From Patescibacteria group bacterium (GTDB taxonomy: Bacteria; Patescibacteriota; Patescibacteriia; Buchananbacterales; UBA6539), in NCBI GenBank assembly GCA_041662625.1, contig JBAZSB010000002.1, forward strand, positions 85,497 to 149,496: a DNA stretch of 64,000 bases, read 5' to 3'. Below the pieces are notes generated by a model. That model worked only from the letters and a program-made list of their open reading frames with translations. It made no database searches and was not told the origin of the DNA. Positions 1 to 8,047 of this stretch are shown piece after piece. The number at the start of each line of letters is the position of its first letter. Within the stretch, counting starts at the first letter, position 1. The position numbers and the translations under genes were made by a program.

Positions 1-210
1 AAACACATCAAACTGTTGTTTGAGTGCTGACGCAAGTTTGGTTTGCCAGTTTGGTGTGAAGACCAAATCACAAACCTGCACTTCGCATCCCAGCTGCTTT
101 AGACCAGAAGCAATCGCCAGGATCCCGACTGGTAGCATTGCCTTTGCCGGAATCACCGCTTTGTGGTCAGCGGTCAGAGAATACGGCGGGATGATTGCTA
201 AGACTCTCAT
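1..210 (-). CDS. Cobalamin-binding-domain (probably radical SAM) protein, N-terminal part, runs off window
   Basis: Not in the ORF track. Manual translation from ATG at 210: MRVLAIIPPYSL...MLPVGILAIASGLKQLGCEVQVCDL, typical of a B12-binding-domain N-terminus. SD (GGAAAGGA) and promoter upstream. Confidence 0.7.
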   Translation of the reverse strand, partial: MRVLAIIPPYSLTADHKAVIPAKAMLPVGILAIASGLKQLGCEVQVCDLVFTPNWQTKLASALKQQFDVF

Positions 211-281
211 GGCTTTTCCTTTCCGCTAGACGTGATGGCTGTATTGTAATGAACTTAGTTAAGAATCATTCTTAACGATTA

Positions 282-354
282 ATTATATAAAAATTTGGCT
301 AAATTGTCAATAATTTTCGTCAATATTGACGAACTTTTTTAGATATGCTACAAT
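282..354. promoter_or_regulatory. Back-to-back sigma70 promoters with an 18-bp perfect palindrome (putative operator)
   Basis: Minus strand: TTGACA(310-305)-17-TATAAT(287-282). Plus strand: TTGACG(326-331)-17-TACAAT(349-354). Palindrome TTCGTCAATATTGACGAA at 316-333. Confidence 0.7.
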
Positions 355-453
355 TAAAATATAAAATAAGCTAAAAAATTAAATAAAAATGACTAAAGTT
401 TTTTCGTCATTCTTTTGGAAGACTCAATTTTTATCACTTTACCCTGTCTACAG

Positions 454-500
454 CTCCCCTCGCCCCGTCTCAAACGGGGAGAGGGGTTGGGGGTGAGGGG
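454..500. repeat. REP-like CCCCTC...GAGGGG palindromic element
   Basis: ctcccctcgccccgtctcaaacggggagaggggttgggggtgagggg; same family at 32213-32366 and 32433-32474. Confidence 0.65.
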
Positions 501-536
501 TAATGAGAGTACCTAACTCTTAAATTTATAAAACCC

Positions 537-1286
537 ATGCAGTTTGATCGGCTTTTAAGCCAACTTGGCTTTTCTCAAAATGAAACAAAAGTCTACCTAG
601 CCAGCCTGGAAACTGGCCTTAGTTCGGCCCAAAACATTGCCCAAAAATCCGGGCTGCAGCGCACTACGACTTATTCGGTTTTGGCCGCTTTGGTTAGCCG
701 GGGTGTAGTGGCCAAAACCAAAGTCAAAGGTAAAAGTCGTTTTCTGGCCGAGCCGCCGGAAAAGCTGGTTTCTTTACTAAATGATTTACAAGGTAAATTA
801 AAAAAAGCTTTACCAGAATTGGAAGCCATTTATAATCAAGGGGAAGTTAAACCAAAAATTGTTTTTTATGAAGGTAAACGTGCCATTCAAAATGTTTATG
901 ATGATACTTTGCAGGAAAAACCCAAAGAAATCTTGGAATGGAACACCAATGCTTATTTTGAAAATCCGACAGTTGATAAGGAATATATCAGAAAAAGAAT
1001 CGCTTTTAACATTCATGCCAAAAGAATTGCCGGCCAAGGCTCAATTTGGGATACCCAACATAAACGACGCGATGAAACTGAGCTTTCCGAAACTGTCATT
1101 GTTCCGGCTGAACAATTTTGGCCAAGGATCGAAGTCAATATCTATAATGATAAAATTGCTTTTATGAATTATGCCGAAAATATGTCAGTGATTATTGAAA
1201 GTAAAGCCATTGCCGAAGCAATGAAACAGGTTTATCATTTATCCTGGCAAGGCGCAAAATCAATTGAAATGGATAAACAAAATTAA
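537..1286 (+). CDS. TrmB-family transcriptional regulator
   Basis: N-terminal wHTH (LGFSQNETKVYLASL...RTTTYSVL), KPKIVFYEG linker, C-terminal EVNIYNDKIA domain. Confidence 0.85.
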   Translation: MQFDRLLSQLGFSQNETKVYLASLETGLSSAQNIAQKSGLQRTTTYSVLAALVSRGVVAKTKVKGKSRFLAEPPEKLVSLLNDLQGKLKKALPELEAIYNQGEVKPKIVFYEGKRAIQNVYDDTLQEKPKEILEWNTNAYFENPTVDKEYIRKRIAFNIHAKRIAGQGSIWDTQHKRRDETELSETVIVPAEQFWPRIEVNIYNDKIAFMNYAENMSVIIESKAIAEAMKQVYHLSWQGAKSIEMDKQN

Positions 1287-2155
1287 TCCATTTTTATAAA
1301 TATTGGATTTGATTTTCTTTCTAGCAGTGGATAGAAAATCATATTTAGAATAATACCCAGATAAACTAATTCGATCAAAATTAAATAACTTGGGCTACTA
1401 GTAAAATATATTATCATTGAGATTGAAAAAAATGAGGTTGTGAAAATAAATAATTGATGCTGAATATAGTAATTAGTGTAAAAAATTAATCCGATAGCAT
1501 AGGCTAGCAAAGGTATAATTATCAAATAGGAACCAAAATAAAAATGCTGAATTAATATTGAAGTAATAAGCAAACTAAGGGCCAAAAATCGGCCTTTTTT
1601 TAAACCAAAAACAACGGGAAAAGTTTTTTTATTTGCTTCGGCATTATGCTTAATATCTCGAATATCACCAACCATTCCCCGGCTAAAGTAAAGTAAAAAA
1701 ATCAAAATTGCTAATATGATGGTAGTTTGGGAAAAAACTGCAGAATAAAATGTAAGGGCATAAAGAAAATAGCTAACTTGGATTAATCCTCGATTAACAG
1801 AATTAAGCTGACCTAAAATTTCATTTCTATTTTTTTGGAGGTAAAGCAAAACTAAAATGACGGAGATTAAAACTAAAAATATTGAGGAATAATTCTGGAG
1901 TAATCCAATTAAAAAGGTTAGGAGTAAGAAAAATATTGGTATAATAACCGAAACATTCCCCCGATATTGGTACTGATGTTTAACCTCCAATATTAAGTTA
2001 AAAAATATCCATAAAGCTAAAAGACCGATTATGGTTATTACGTCTTTAAGATTAAAAGATAAATAATTGATAACAGAAAATTTAGCTAATAATCCAAGAA
2101 GGGTCAAATCAATCCAAGAATAAGGACGACTATTTAATAAATAACGATAAATCAT
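1283..2155 (-). CDS. UbiA-family prenyltransferase (membrane)
   Basis: N-terminal SRPYSW, second Asp-rich motif GDIRDIKHNAEANKKTFPVVFG, many TM helices. First Asp motif degenerate. Start moved to ATG 2155. Confidence 0.65.
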   Translation of the reverse strand: MIYRYLLNSRPYSWIDLTLLGLLAKFSVINYLSFNLKDVITIIGLLALWIFFNLILEVKHQYQYRGNVSVIIPIFFLLLTFLIGLLQNYSSIFLVLISVILVLLYLQKNRNEILGQLNSVNRGLIQVSYFLYALTFYSAVFSQTTIILAILIFLLYFSRGMVGDIRDIKHNAEANKKTFPVVFGLKKGRFLALSLLITSILIQHFYFGSYLIIIPLLAYAIGLIFYTNYYIQHQLFIFTTSFFSISMIIYFTSSPSYLILIELVYLGIILNMIFYPLLERKSNPIFIKMD

Positions 2156-2162
2156 TTTAAAA

Positions 2163-2666
2163 TTAAGATGTTTTGTTCGCAGCTTTAATAACATAGTTGT
2201 CAAAATAAATTTTTTCGATAGCTAGTGGCAGTTCATTCATATCATTTAGAAAAATGATTTTTTTATAATGCAAAATGTGATCATTGATAAGCTTCTGATA
2301 AGTATTGCGATTATCAGTAATGACATAATTTATTCCACCTTTAATCATCCAATCCCGAAGCCAATTAGTTTGGTGATGAACAAAAGCCACCAAGGGTTTG
2401 CTTGAATTACTATACCAGCCACATTCCCAAGCACAATCATTGCCAAAACCCGGTAAGCACAAGCCAATATCGGAACTCTTGATGGCATTGAGATCAACCT
2501 CAAAAACTTGGTAAGAAAAGCCCTCATGGCTGGAATTCCAGGGATTATGTTCATGAGGCTTAAACACCTGAATTTTATCTGTATATAAAAAACTGCTGAC
2601 CCAATTATTCCATTCATGGGCATCTTTAGAGATTCTGGCGATTAAATATATTTTAATTTTCTCCAT
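2163..2666 (-). CDS. Nucleoside 2-deoxyribosyltransferase / nucleotide N-hydrolase-like protein
   Basis: KIYLIA, VFKPHE, FEVDLNAIKSSD and CAWECGWYSNSSKPLV match the NDT pattern with catalytic Glu. Start moved to ATG 2666. Confidence 0.65.
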   Translation of the reverse strand: MEKIKIYLIARISKDAHEWNNWVSSFLYTDKIQVFKPHEHNPWNSSHEGFSYQVFEVDLNAIKSSDIGLCLPGFGNDCAWECGWYSNSSKPLVAFVHHQTNWLRDWMIKGGINYVITDNRNTYQKLINDHILHYKKIIFLNDMNELPLAIEKIYFDNYVIKAANKTS

Positions 2667-2874
2667 ATATTGGTGGTTTTTAAGACTTAACAAATCAATA
2701 TAGCACATCTTTTATAACTTGTCAATATTCACCGACAATATTTATACAATTTTACCATTTATTTAAAGGATTATTAACAATATATAAAAAATTTGTGGAA
2801 TACTATTGACACAAATTTAAATAAGGAGTATACTATAGATATAAACCTAATTTATTAACTTTTTGCTTAAAAAT

Positions 2875-3666
2875 ATGCTTAATCAAAAACAATTAACCGA
2901 ATTGGGATTCAGCCCTAAGGAAGCTAATGTTTATTTATCTCTATTAGAGCTAGGCCCTTCAACCGCTACGGAAATTGCCAGAAAGGCCAAAATTAACCGA
3001 ACTACCAGCTATGACATATTAGAGTCTTTAACCAGTGAAGGACTAGTTTATTTAATTGGTGAGACTAAAATCCAAAAATATGCTGCTGAAAATCCCCAAA
3101 AAGTAGTTAATTTTTTAGAAAATCGAATAAAAAAAACTGAGCAGCAATTAACAGCAGCCCACGATATCCTTCCCCAGCTATTTTCGATCTATAACACTAA
3201 AGAAAAACCTCGGGTAAAATTTTTTGAGGGCTTAGAAGGTATGAAAGAAGCTTTTGAAGATACTCTAAATGCTGAAAACGAAATATTAGCCTATGCCGTT
3301 GGTAATGATATGTTTAGTGCCTTTAATGAACAATATTTTCATGATTATTTTCAAAAGCGGGTAGCTAAAGACATATTTGTAAGGGTAATTGCCCCCGACG
3401 ATGAAGGAACAAGAAAGGTTATTGCTAATGATAAAAAAGAATTACGTACCACCCTTTTGGTACCAACTGATAAATTTTATTTTTCCGTCGAAACAAATAT
3501 CTATAATAACAAAATTCTAATTGTTTCCTGGAAAGAAAAATTCGCTGTAATTATTGAAAGTAAAGAAATTTCTGATGCCCAAAGAAAAACATTTGAATTG
3601 GCCTGGCTCGGGGCAAAATCGTTGGATATAAATAAAACCAGATACATACAGGCGCAAAAAATTTAG
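2875..3666 (+). CDS. TrmB-family transcriptional regulator
   Basis: LGFSPKEANVYLSLLELG...INRTTSYDIL, KPRVKFFEG; paralog of 537-1286. Confidence 0.85.
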   Translation: MLNQKQLTELGFSPKEANVYLSLLELGPSTATEIARKAKINRTTSYDILESLTSEGLVYLIGETKIQKYAAENPQKVVNFLENRIKKTEQQLTAAHDILPQLFSIYNTKEKPRVKFFEGLEGMKEAFEDTLNAENEILAYAVGNDMFSAFNEQYFHDYFQKRVAKDIFVRVIAPDDEGTRKVIANDKKELRTTLLVPTDKFYFSVETNIYNNKILIVSWKEKFAVIIESKEISDAQRKTFELAWLGAKSLDINKTRYIQAQKI

Positions 3667-3951
3667 AAAATACCTAAAATACCCCAAAAATAAACAAGTG
3701 AATTATCCCCAATCTTTGCTGCCAAAAGATGAAATTTTGGCTTTTTTTGTTTTACGACACTAATTTAGAACTAAATTTAGCGAATTATTAGACTAATTAA
3801 TTGTTTGTCAATAAATACTAACAAAAAATCACAAAAAGTTGCAATAAAAAACCTTAATTGAGTTTCTCTCTTAAAAATATATTGAATAATTAGCTTATTT
3901 TAGTCTAGTTCAGGCGTCGTTAAATACTTCCCAAAAAATGACTCCCTGCTC

Positions 3952-4013
3952 TTGACTTTTTTAAAAAATAGTATTAGAATAAGGTTACTTTTTTATCGAT
4001 AACGTTCTTTGCC
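3952..4013 (+). promoter_or_regulatory. sigma70 promoter plus boxA-like motif
   Basis: TTGACT(3952)-17-TAGAAT(3975); GTTCTTTGCC at 4004. Confidence 0.6.
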
Positions 4014-4210
4014 ATCATTCTTACCCTGTGCGCCTTGCCGGGTGCCACAGGGGCCCGTGCCTACCATGGGCACAAACGAGCTATCTGTTCTCTCCTCGAG
4101 AGACCAGAAACGCTCGCCTTCCGCGGGAACCAACGATCTTACCTCCACCTACAAAGCTTGCTTGGCGCAAGAGGGTCACGGGTACGATTTGCGGTTCCCT
4201 TATTTATTTC
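3988..4210 (+). ncRNA. Putative structured non-coding RNA
   Basis: GC-rich island after a promoter, with hairpins at 4024-4052, 4053-4071 and 4077-4116 and a stem 4125-4131/4193-4199. No credible ORF. Confidence 0.45.
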
Positions 4211-4335
4211 CGTCAAAAGAATCACTTAAAACCAATAAAATTTACCTACTTTCCCCTACTTTTGACTTTTTTGGTAATAAACTGTATATTATAAAATATT
4301 CTGAATCAGTACCCCTCACTTTTAGGGGCCCTTAG

Positions 4336-4628
4336 CCCCTCACCTGAAAAGTTTTTATGTTTTATGTCTATATTCTAAAAAGTAAAAAAGATGGTAGTAT
4401 CTATGTTGGGTATACCAATGATTTAAAAAGAAGATTTTTAGAACATAATAATTTAAAAAGTAAATCAACAAAAAATAAGGCGCCTTTTGAGCTGATCTAT
4501 TATGAGGCCTATAAGGCAATGGCTGACGCCAAATATCGAGAAAATAACCTCAAAAGATTCGCTAAAGCCTATATTCAACTGAAAAGAAGGATTAAAAATA
4601 GCTTAATTTAAACTTTTCAGGTGAGGGG
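4336..4628. mobile_element. 293-bp TIR element carrying a GIY-YIG gene, inserted in the 5' end of tRNA-Ala
   Basis: Perfect 19-bp TIRs cccctcacctgaaaagttt (4336-4354) / aaacttttcaggtgagggg (4610-4628); flanking 7-bp direct repeat cccttag (4329-4335, 4629-4635). Confidence 0.75.
4357..4611 (+). CDS. Stand-alone GIY-YIG nuclease (84 aa)
   Basis: YVYIL...IYVGYTNDLKRRFLEHN...ELIYYEAY...AKYRENNLK: GIY-YIG hairpin with catalytic Arg and Glu. Confidence 0.9.
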   Translation: MFYVYILKSKKDGSIYVGYTNDLKRRFLEHNNLKSKSTKNKAPFELIYYEAYKAMADAKYRENNLKRFAKAYIQLKRRIKNSLI

Positions 4629-4702
4629 CCCTTAGCTCAGTTGGCTAGAGCGCCTCCATGGCATGGAGGAGGCCAAGGGTTCAAATCCCTTAGGGTCCAC
4701 CA
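4626..4702 (+). tRNA. tRNA-Ala(GGC)
   Basis: Acceptor GGGCCCT/AGGGTCC with G3:U70; anticodon arm CCTCC-ATGGCAT-GGAGG; T arm AAGGG-TTCAAAT-CCCTT; CCA encoded. Confidence 0.95.
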
Positions 4703-4707
4703 TATAA

Positions 4708-4808
4708 ACAATTAACTATTGGCAATTAACAGTTAACTCGTTTAGCTGTTTTTTGTTAAACAAATGATAGTTAATTGTTAAAGGTTAACTGTTAATTGTC
4801 GAATTGTT
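4708..4808. repeat. Degenerate heptamer repeats forming an imperfect inverted repeat
   Basis: aacaatt/aactatt/aacagtt on the left, gttaatt/gttaact on the right. Confidence 0.5.
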
Positions 4809-4820
4809 CCACGTGGAACA
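4805..4820. promoter_or_regulatory. parS centromere-like site (perfect)
   Basis: TGTTCCACGTGGAACA matches the chromosomal parS consensus TGTTNCACGTGAAACA. Confidence 0.85.
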
Positions 4821-4916
4821 TTTTTTTGTTATTAAAAAAAGAGCCGACATAAGCCTTATAAGCCCTGTGGCTCACTATAAAAAACTATAGATTACGCCTC
4901 CCTCCTGACTCTCCTC

Positions 4917-6113
4917 CTAAAATCTGGAGCTCTCCTTTGATCCGGAAATTCGCTTTGCCAAGCCGCCTAATTGAGTAGTTAGGGTACGAATTTGCGCCAG
5001 AGCATCATCGTGAATATCTGGGTCTTTACCGGCAAAACTGCTGCCAATAGCAGCTTCCTCACTTTGCAGGACCAGAACCAGACTACCAATTGCCGACATC
5101 ACTTCCCGGCGCCGTTCTTCAGCCACCCGAGCGGCGAGAACTTTGGGATCCTCCTGCCTTCTCTTGCCATCTGGGGCAGCATCAGGTTTTTTAGGCCGGG
5201 GATCGAGCTTTTTGAGTCGTTCTAGTAGCTTCCCGAGGTCTTCCAAAGATCTGGTTAGAACCCTGATAATAGTCTCAAAATCAGTGGTGGCATCCGAGGC
5301 TTTCGGAAAAATCGCTTTGAGTGTCACCACTGGAATATCAAGGGCTCGCTGGAGTGATGTTCCAACCCGCTCAACATGGCGGATCAGGCTACGGCGGACA
5401 TCTCTTGGCCGTGCTGGTTTAGCCGCGGCTGCTCCCTGCTGGCCAGCGACAATTGCCTTGACCTTTTCAACCGCCCGGCCAGTAGCCATCAGCATTACAC
5501 TGGTTGCCACCTTAGCTTGGTCAGCTGGAGGCAATTCGGCGATTTCCTTGGCAACACTAACCGGCAATTCACCTGAAATCACCCGCCGCTTAACGGCATC
5601 GGTAAGTTTCAGCAGGGCTAGCCGATCACGCAGCCAGGGTTCTGACTTCTGAAAGGTATCACAGACCTCAGTCCAGATAGCACCAAGGTCGAGCAATTCC
5701 TGGATGTTTCGAGCAGCTTCCAGTGGCGTATGCGGCAGGCGACCCCAATTACTGCCAATTGCCAGCATTTTCCTGCCTTTTCGGTCATTGACATCAATAT
5801 TCACGACCACCGCTTGAAATGGCCTCCCGTTGAGTTTACAGGATTCAAGGCGATGTTGGCCCTTGATTAACCCATAAGGGTGGCTGGAATCATCGGTTGG
5901 GATGACAATACCCGGCTCTTTCTGGCCATTCCGCTGAATGTTGGGAGCCAGATCAGTCTTGATATAGTCCCAGTTCAACCCGTCGCGGGGCTGTTCCAAA
6001 ACGACAATCAGATCGGTCGGAATACTTAGGACTTCCGAAACAACCTCTACTCCTGCTGGCAACCGAAATTTCGTACTGTCTCTCTCTGCTACTGCTGCGA
6101 CTTGTGCATGCAT
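4917..6113 (-). CDS. ParB/RepB/Spo0J-like protein with long C-terminal extension
   Basis: QPR...LAPNIQRNGQKEPGIV...LIKGQHRLESC (GxxR), TPLEAARNIQEL, HTH KSEPWLRDRLALLKL. SD AAAGGAG before ATG 6113. Confidence 0.8.
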   Translation of the reverse strand: MHAQVAAVAERDSTKFRLPAGVEVVSEVLSIPTDLIVVLEQPRDGLNWDYIKTDLAPNIQRNGQKEPGIVIPTDDSSHPYGLIKGQHRLESCKLNGRPFQAVVVNIDVNDRKGRKMLAIGSNWGRLPHTPLEAARNIQELLDLGAIWTEVCDTFQKSEPWLRDRLALLKLTDAVKRRVISGELPVSVAKEIAELPPADQAKVATSVMLMATGRAVEKVKAIVAGQQGAAAAKPARPRDVRRSLIRHVERVGTSLQRALDIPVVTLKAIFPKASDATTDFETIIRVLTRSLEDLGKLLERLKKLDPRPKKPDAAPDGKRRQEDPKVLAARVAEERRREVMSAIGSLVLVLQSEEAAIGSSFAGKDPDIHDDALAQIRTLTTQLGGLAKRISGSKESSRF

Positions 6114-6328
6114 AGCTAGATCTCCTTTTACACTGGTTTGTTTTCCTCCTCGATTTCCGATCAAGTCTGCCTAAAAATATGAATTCTTCATGATAGCAAA
6201 GAACAAATAAATACTAAAAGCATTTTATCATTTTAATTTCATTCCAACAAACCAATTAAACTAACAAAAAAGAGGGAGCAAGCAACTCGCCGCTACCCTC
6301 GAAAACCTTTGATCTAAAGACCCAAGTG

Positions 6329-6700
6329 CTACCCCCTCCATAGGCTCCGCAAACTCCGCAATCCTGGCAAAGACCAGAATATAGACGAGTGCCGACCGTT
6401 GGTCGGCTGGGAGGCAGGTTTGGCCAACTGTGTAGGCCGAGCTATCCGAAGAGCCGCAATAAGGCGGGCGTCACAGACTACCTCCTCAAATGGACAAACC
6501 TTGCGGAGTTGGTAGGGATTTATCGTCCTCAGGTTACCATCAGCTCCGAGCAACTGCACCATGGGATCAGCCATCCCCGGCCAGATTGTGACAAGTTTCA
6601 TCGGCCCGGCCCAAGCATCGCCATTGAACTTCGACTCACGCCGATAAACTATTGCCCCTACTGCCACCGTAGTGCCATCACCCAACTTCACTTGTTCCAT
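6329..6700 (-). CDS. Hypothetical orphan protein
   Basis: GC-rich ORF, GGAGG SD before ATG 6700, downstream terminator at about 6266-6300. Confidence 0.55.
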   Translation of the reverse strand: MEQVKLGDGTTVAVGAIVYRRESKFNGDAWAGPMKLVTIWPGMADPMVQLLGADGNLRTINPYQLRKVCPFEEVVCDARLIAALRIARPTQLAKPASQPTNGRHSSIFWSLPGLRSLRSLWRG

Positions 6701-6845
6701 TATCGATCCCTCCACGGTCGTACCGCCAATAAGACCCATGACTCTGACTTAGCAACTGGCTAAGCAGAGATACAGTCAAAATCCTAATATTTGATCGTAA
6801 TATTAAATAAGGTGTTTGTCAATCTTAATAAATTATAGCTAAAGA

Positions 6846-6861
6846 TGTTCCCTGGGAAACA
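6846..6861. promoter_or_regulatory. Degenerate parS-like site
   Basis: TGTTCCCTGGGAAACA, 13/16 identity to TGTTCCACGTGAAACA. Confidence 0.4.
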
Positions 6862-6902
6862 AAAAATCAGCCCTAGCTGGTTGGATTAAATCAAACTAAT
6901 TA

Positions 6903-7706
6903 TTACAAATTTTTCAAAAACGAGGCTGTATCTTTGGGATCAACAGTAATTTTTTTACATAACGGCCAGACTAATTCAAATTGGGATTTAATCAATTCCG
7001 TAAAATCGCGGCTGGTCACGGTGAAACCAAAACTTTCCTTTCTTGAAGAAATAAAAGCAACTTTATCGGCATAAGCCCATAAACCCATATTCCAAGTCAT
7101 GCCTTTGGGCGCTAAACGAATTTCGCGATAGAATTCTTTAGTAATACCTAGGAAAGGATATTGTTTAAATTTCACGGCTTTATCTGAAGGCCAAATAGTT
7201 CGCAAATAAATTTTTTTGCGAATTCTTTTTCTATTATTTTCCGCCAGCCAATCCGCGCCCAGTACCCCAATCATTTCGGAAATCGGCCAAATGACTAAAG
7301 TAGTAATATTTTCATACCACAAAATATCATTAACCGCGCGTCTGACTCCTTCTTGGCCGCTGTAAAATTTGATTTTCGGTTCCAAATAATCAGCTTGGGT
7401 AGAAAGTTTAGGAATAATTTCTTTAAGTTGTTTTTCCTGCTTTTGTAAATTAGAAATTTTATCATTAACTAAACGAGAAATATTTTTAACATCATCAACC
7501 CGGAATAATTTTTTATTTTCCTGATCAATCTCGGTGACTAAGCCTAAGCTGATTAAAATTTTTAAATTATCATAAACCGACGGCCGGGGAATATTGAGAT
7601 TTTCAGCAAGTTGTCTGGCGGAAGAAATGCCAATTTCCAAAAGGCGCAAATAAATTCGCGTCGCGGTTTCGGGGATGTTTAGGTTTTTGAGGATGTCTTG
7701 GAGCAT
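6903..7706 (-). CDS. TrmB-family transcriptional regulator
   Basis: IYLRLLEIG...IPRPSVYDNLKIL, EPKIKFYSG; third paralog. Confidence 0.85.
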   Translation of the reverse strand: MLQDILKNLNIPETATRIYLRLLEIGISSARQLAENLNIPRPSVYDNLKILISLGLVTEIDQENKKLFRVDDVKNISRLVNDKISNLQKQEKQLKEIIPKLSTQADYLEPKIKFYSGQEGVRRAVNDILWYENITTLVIWPISEMIGVLGADWLAENNRKRIRKKIYLRTIWPSDKAVKFKQYPFLGITKEFYREIRLAPKGMTWNMGLWAYADKVAFISSRKESFGFTVTSRDFTELIKSQFELVWPLCKKITVDPKDTASFLKNL

Positions 7707-7712
7707 TAATGT

Positions 7713-7849
7713 AAATTACAAATCTCAAGTTCCAAATAAATTACAATTACCAAAATTTCAAATCACAAACCCCTTGAGATCAACGTTTGGAATTTTTAAT
7801 ATTGTGATTTGGAATTTGTTTGATATTTGTAATTTTGGATTTGGTGCTT
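7713..7849. repeat. ~140-bp heptamer-based imperfect hairpin element, copy 1
   Basis: aaattacaaatctcaa...tttggtgctt; homologous to 55835-55970. Confidence 0.7.
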
Positions 7850-8047
7850 TCTATGATAACGACTAGTAGTTTATAAATCCACTCTAACTATTACCACCTG
7901 AACCACACTTTCAAACTATCACATTTGTCGGTTTTCGTCAACAGATTGACAGTTTTAACCTGCTATGTTAATTTGAAGCGTTTACCGTGGCAGTAAACCT
8001 AGGGCGTGATAACCAGGTGTGCACCTGAAAAGCTAAGGAGGAGCGTC

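Noticed and set aside
20-229. Plus-strand 69-aa ORF from the track
   Set aside because: Shadow of the minus-strand B12-binding-domain gene, which has promoter, SD and family-like sequence.
4009-4335. Three overlapping ORFs upstream of the GIY-YIG gene
   Set aside because: No SD, non-ATG starts and no recognisable motifs; better explained as structured RNA.
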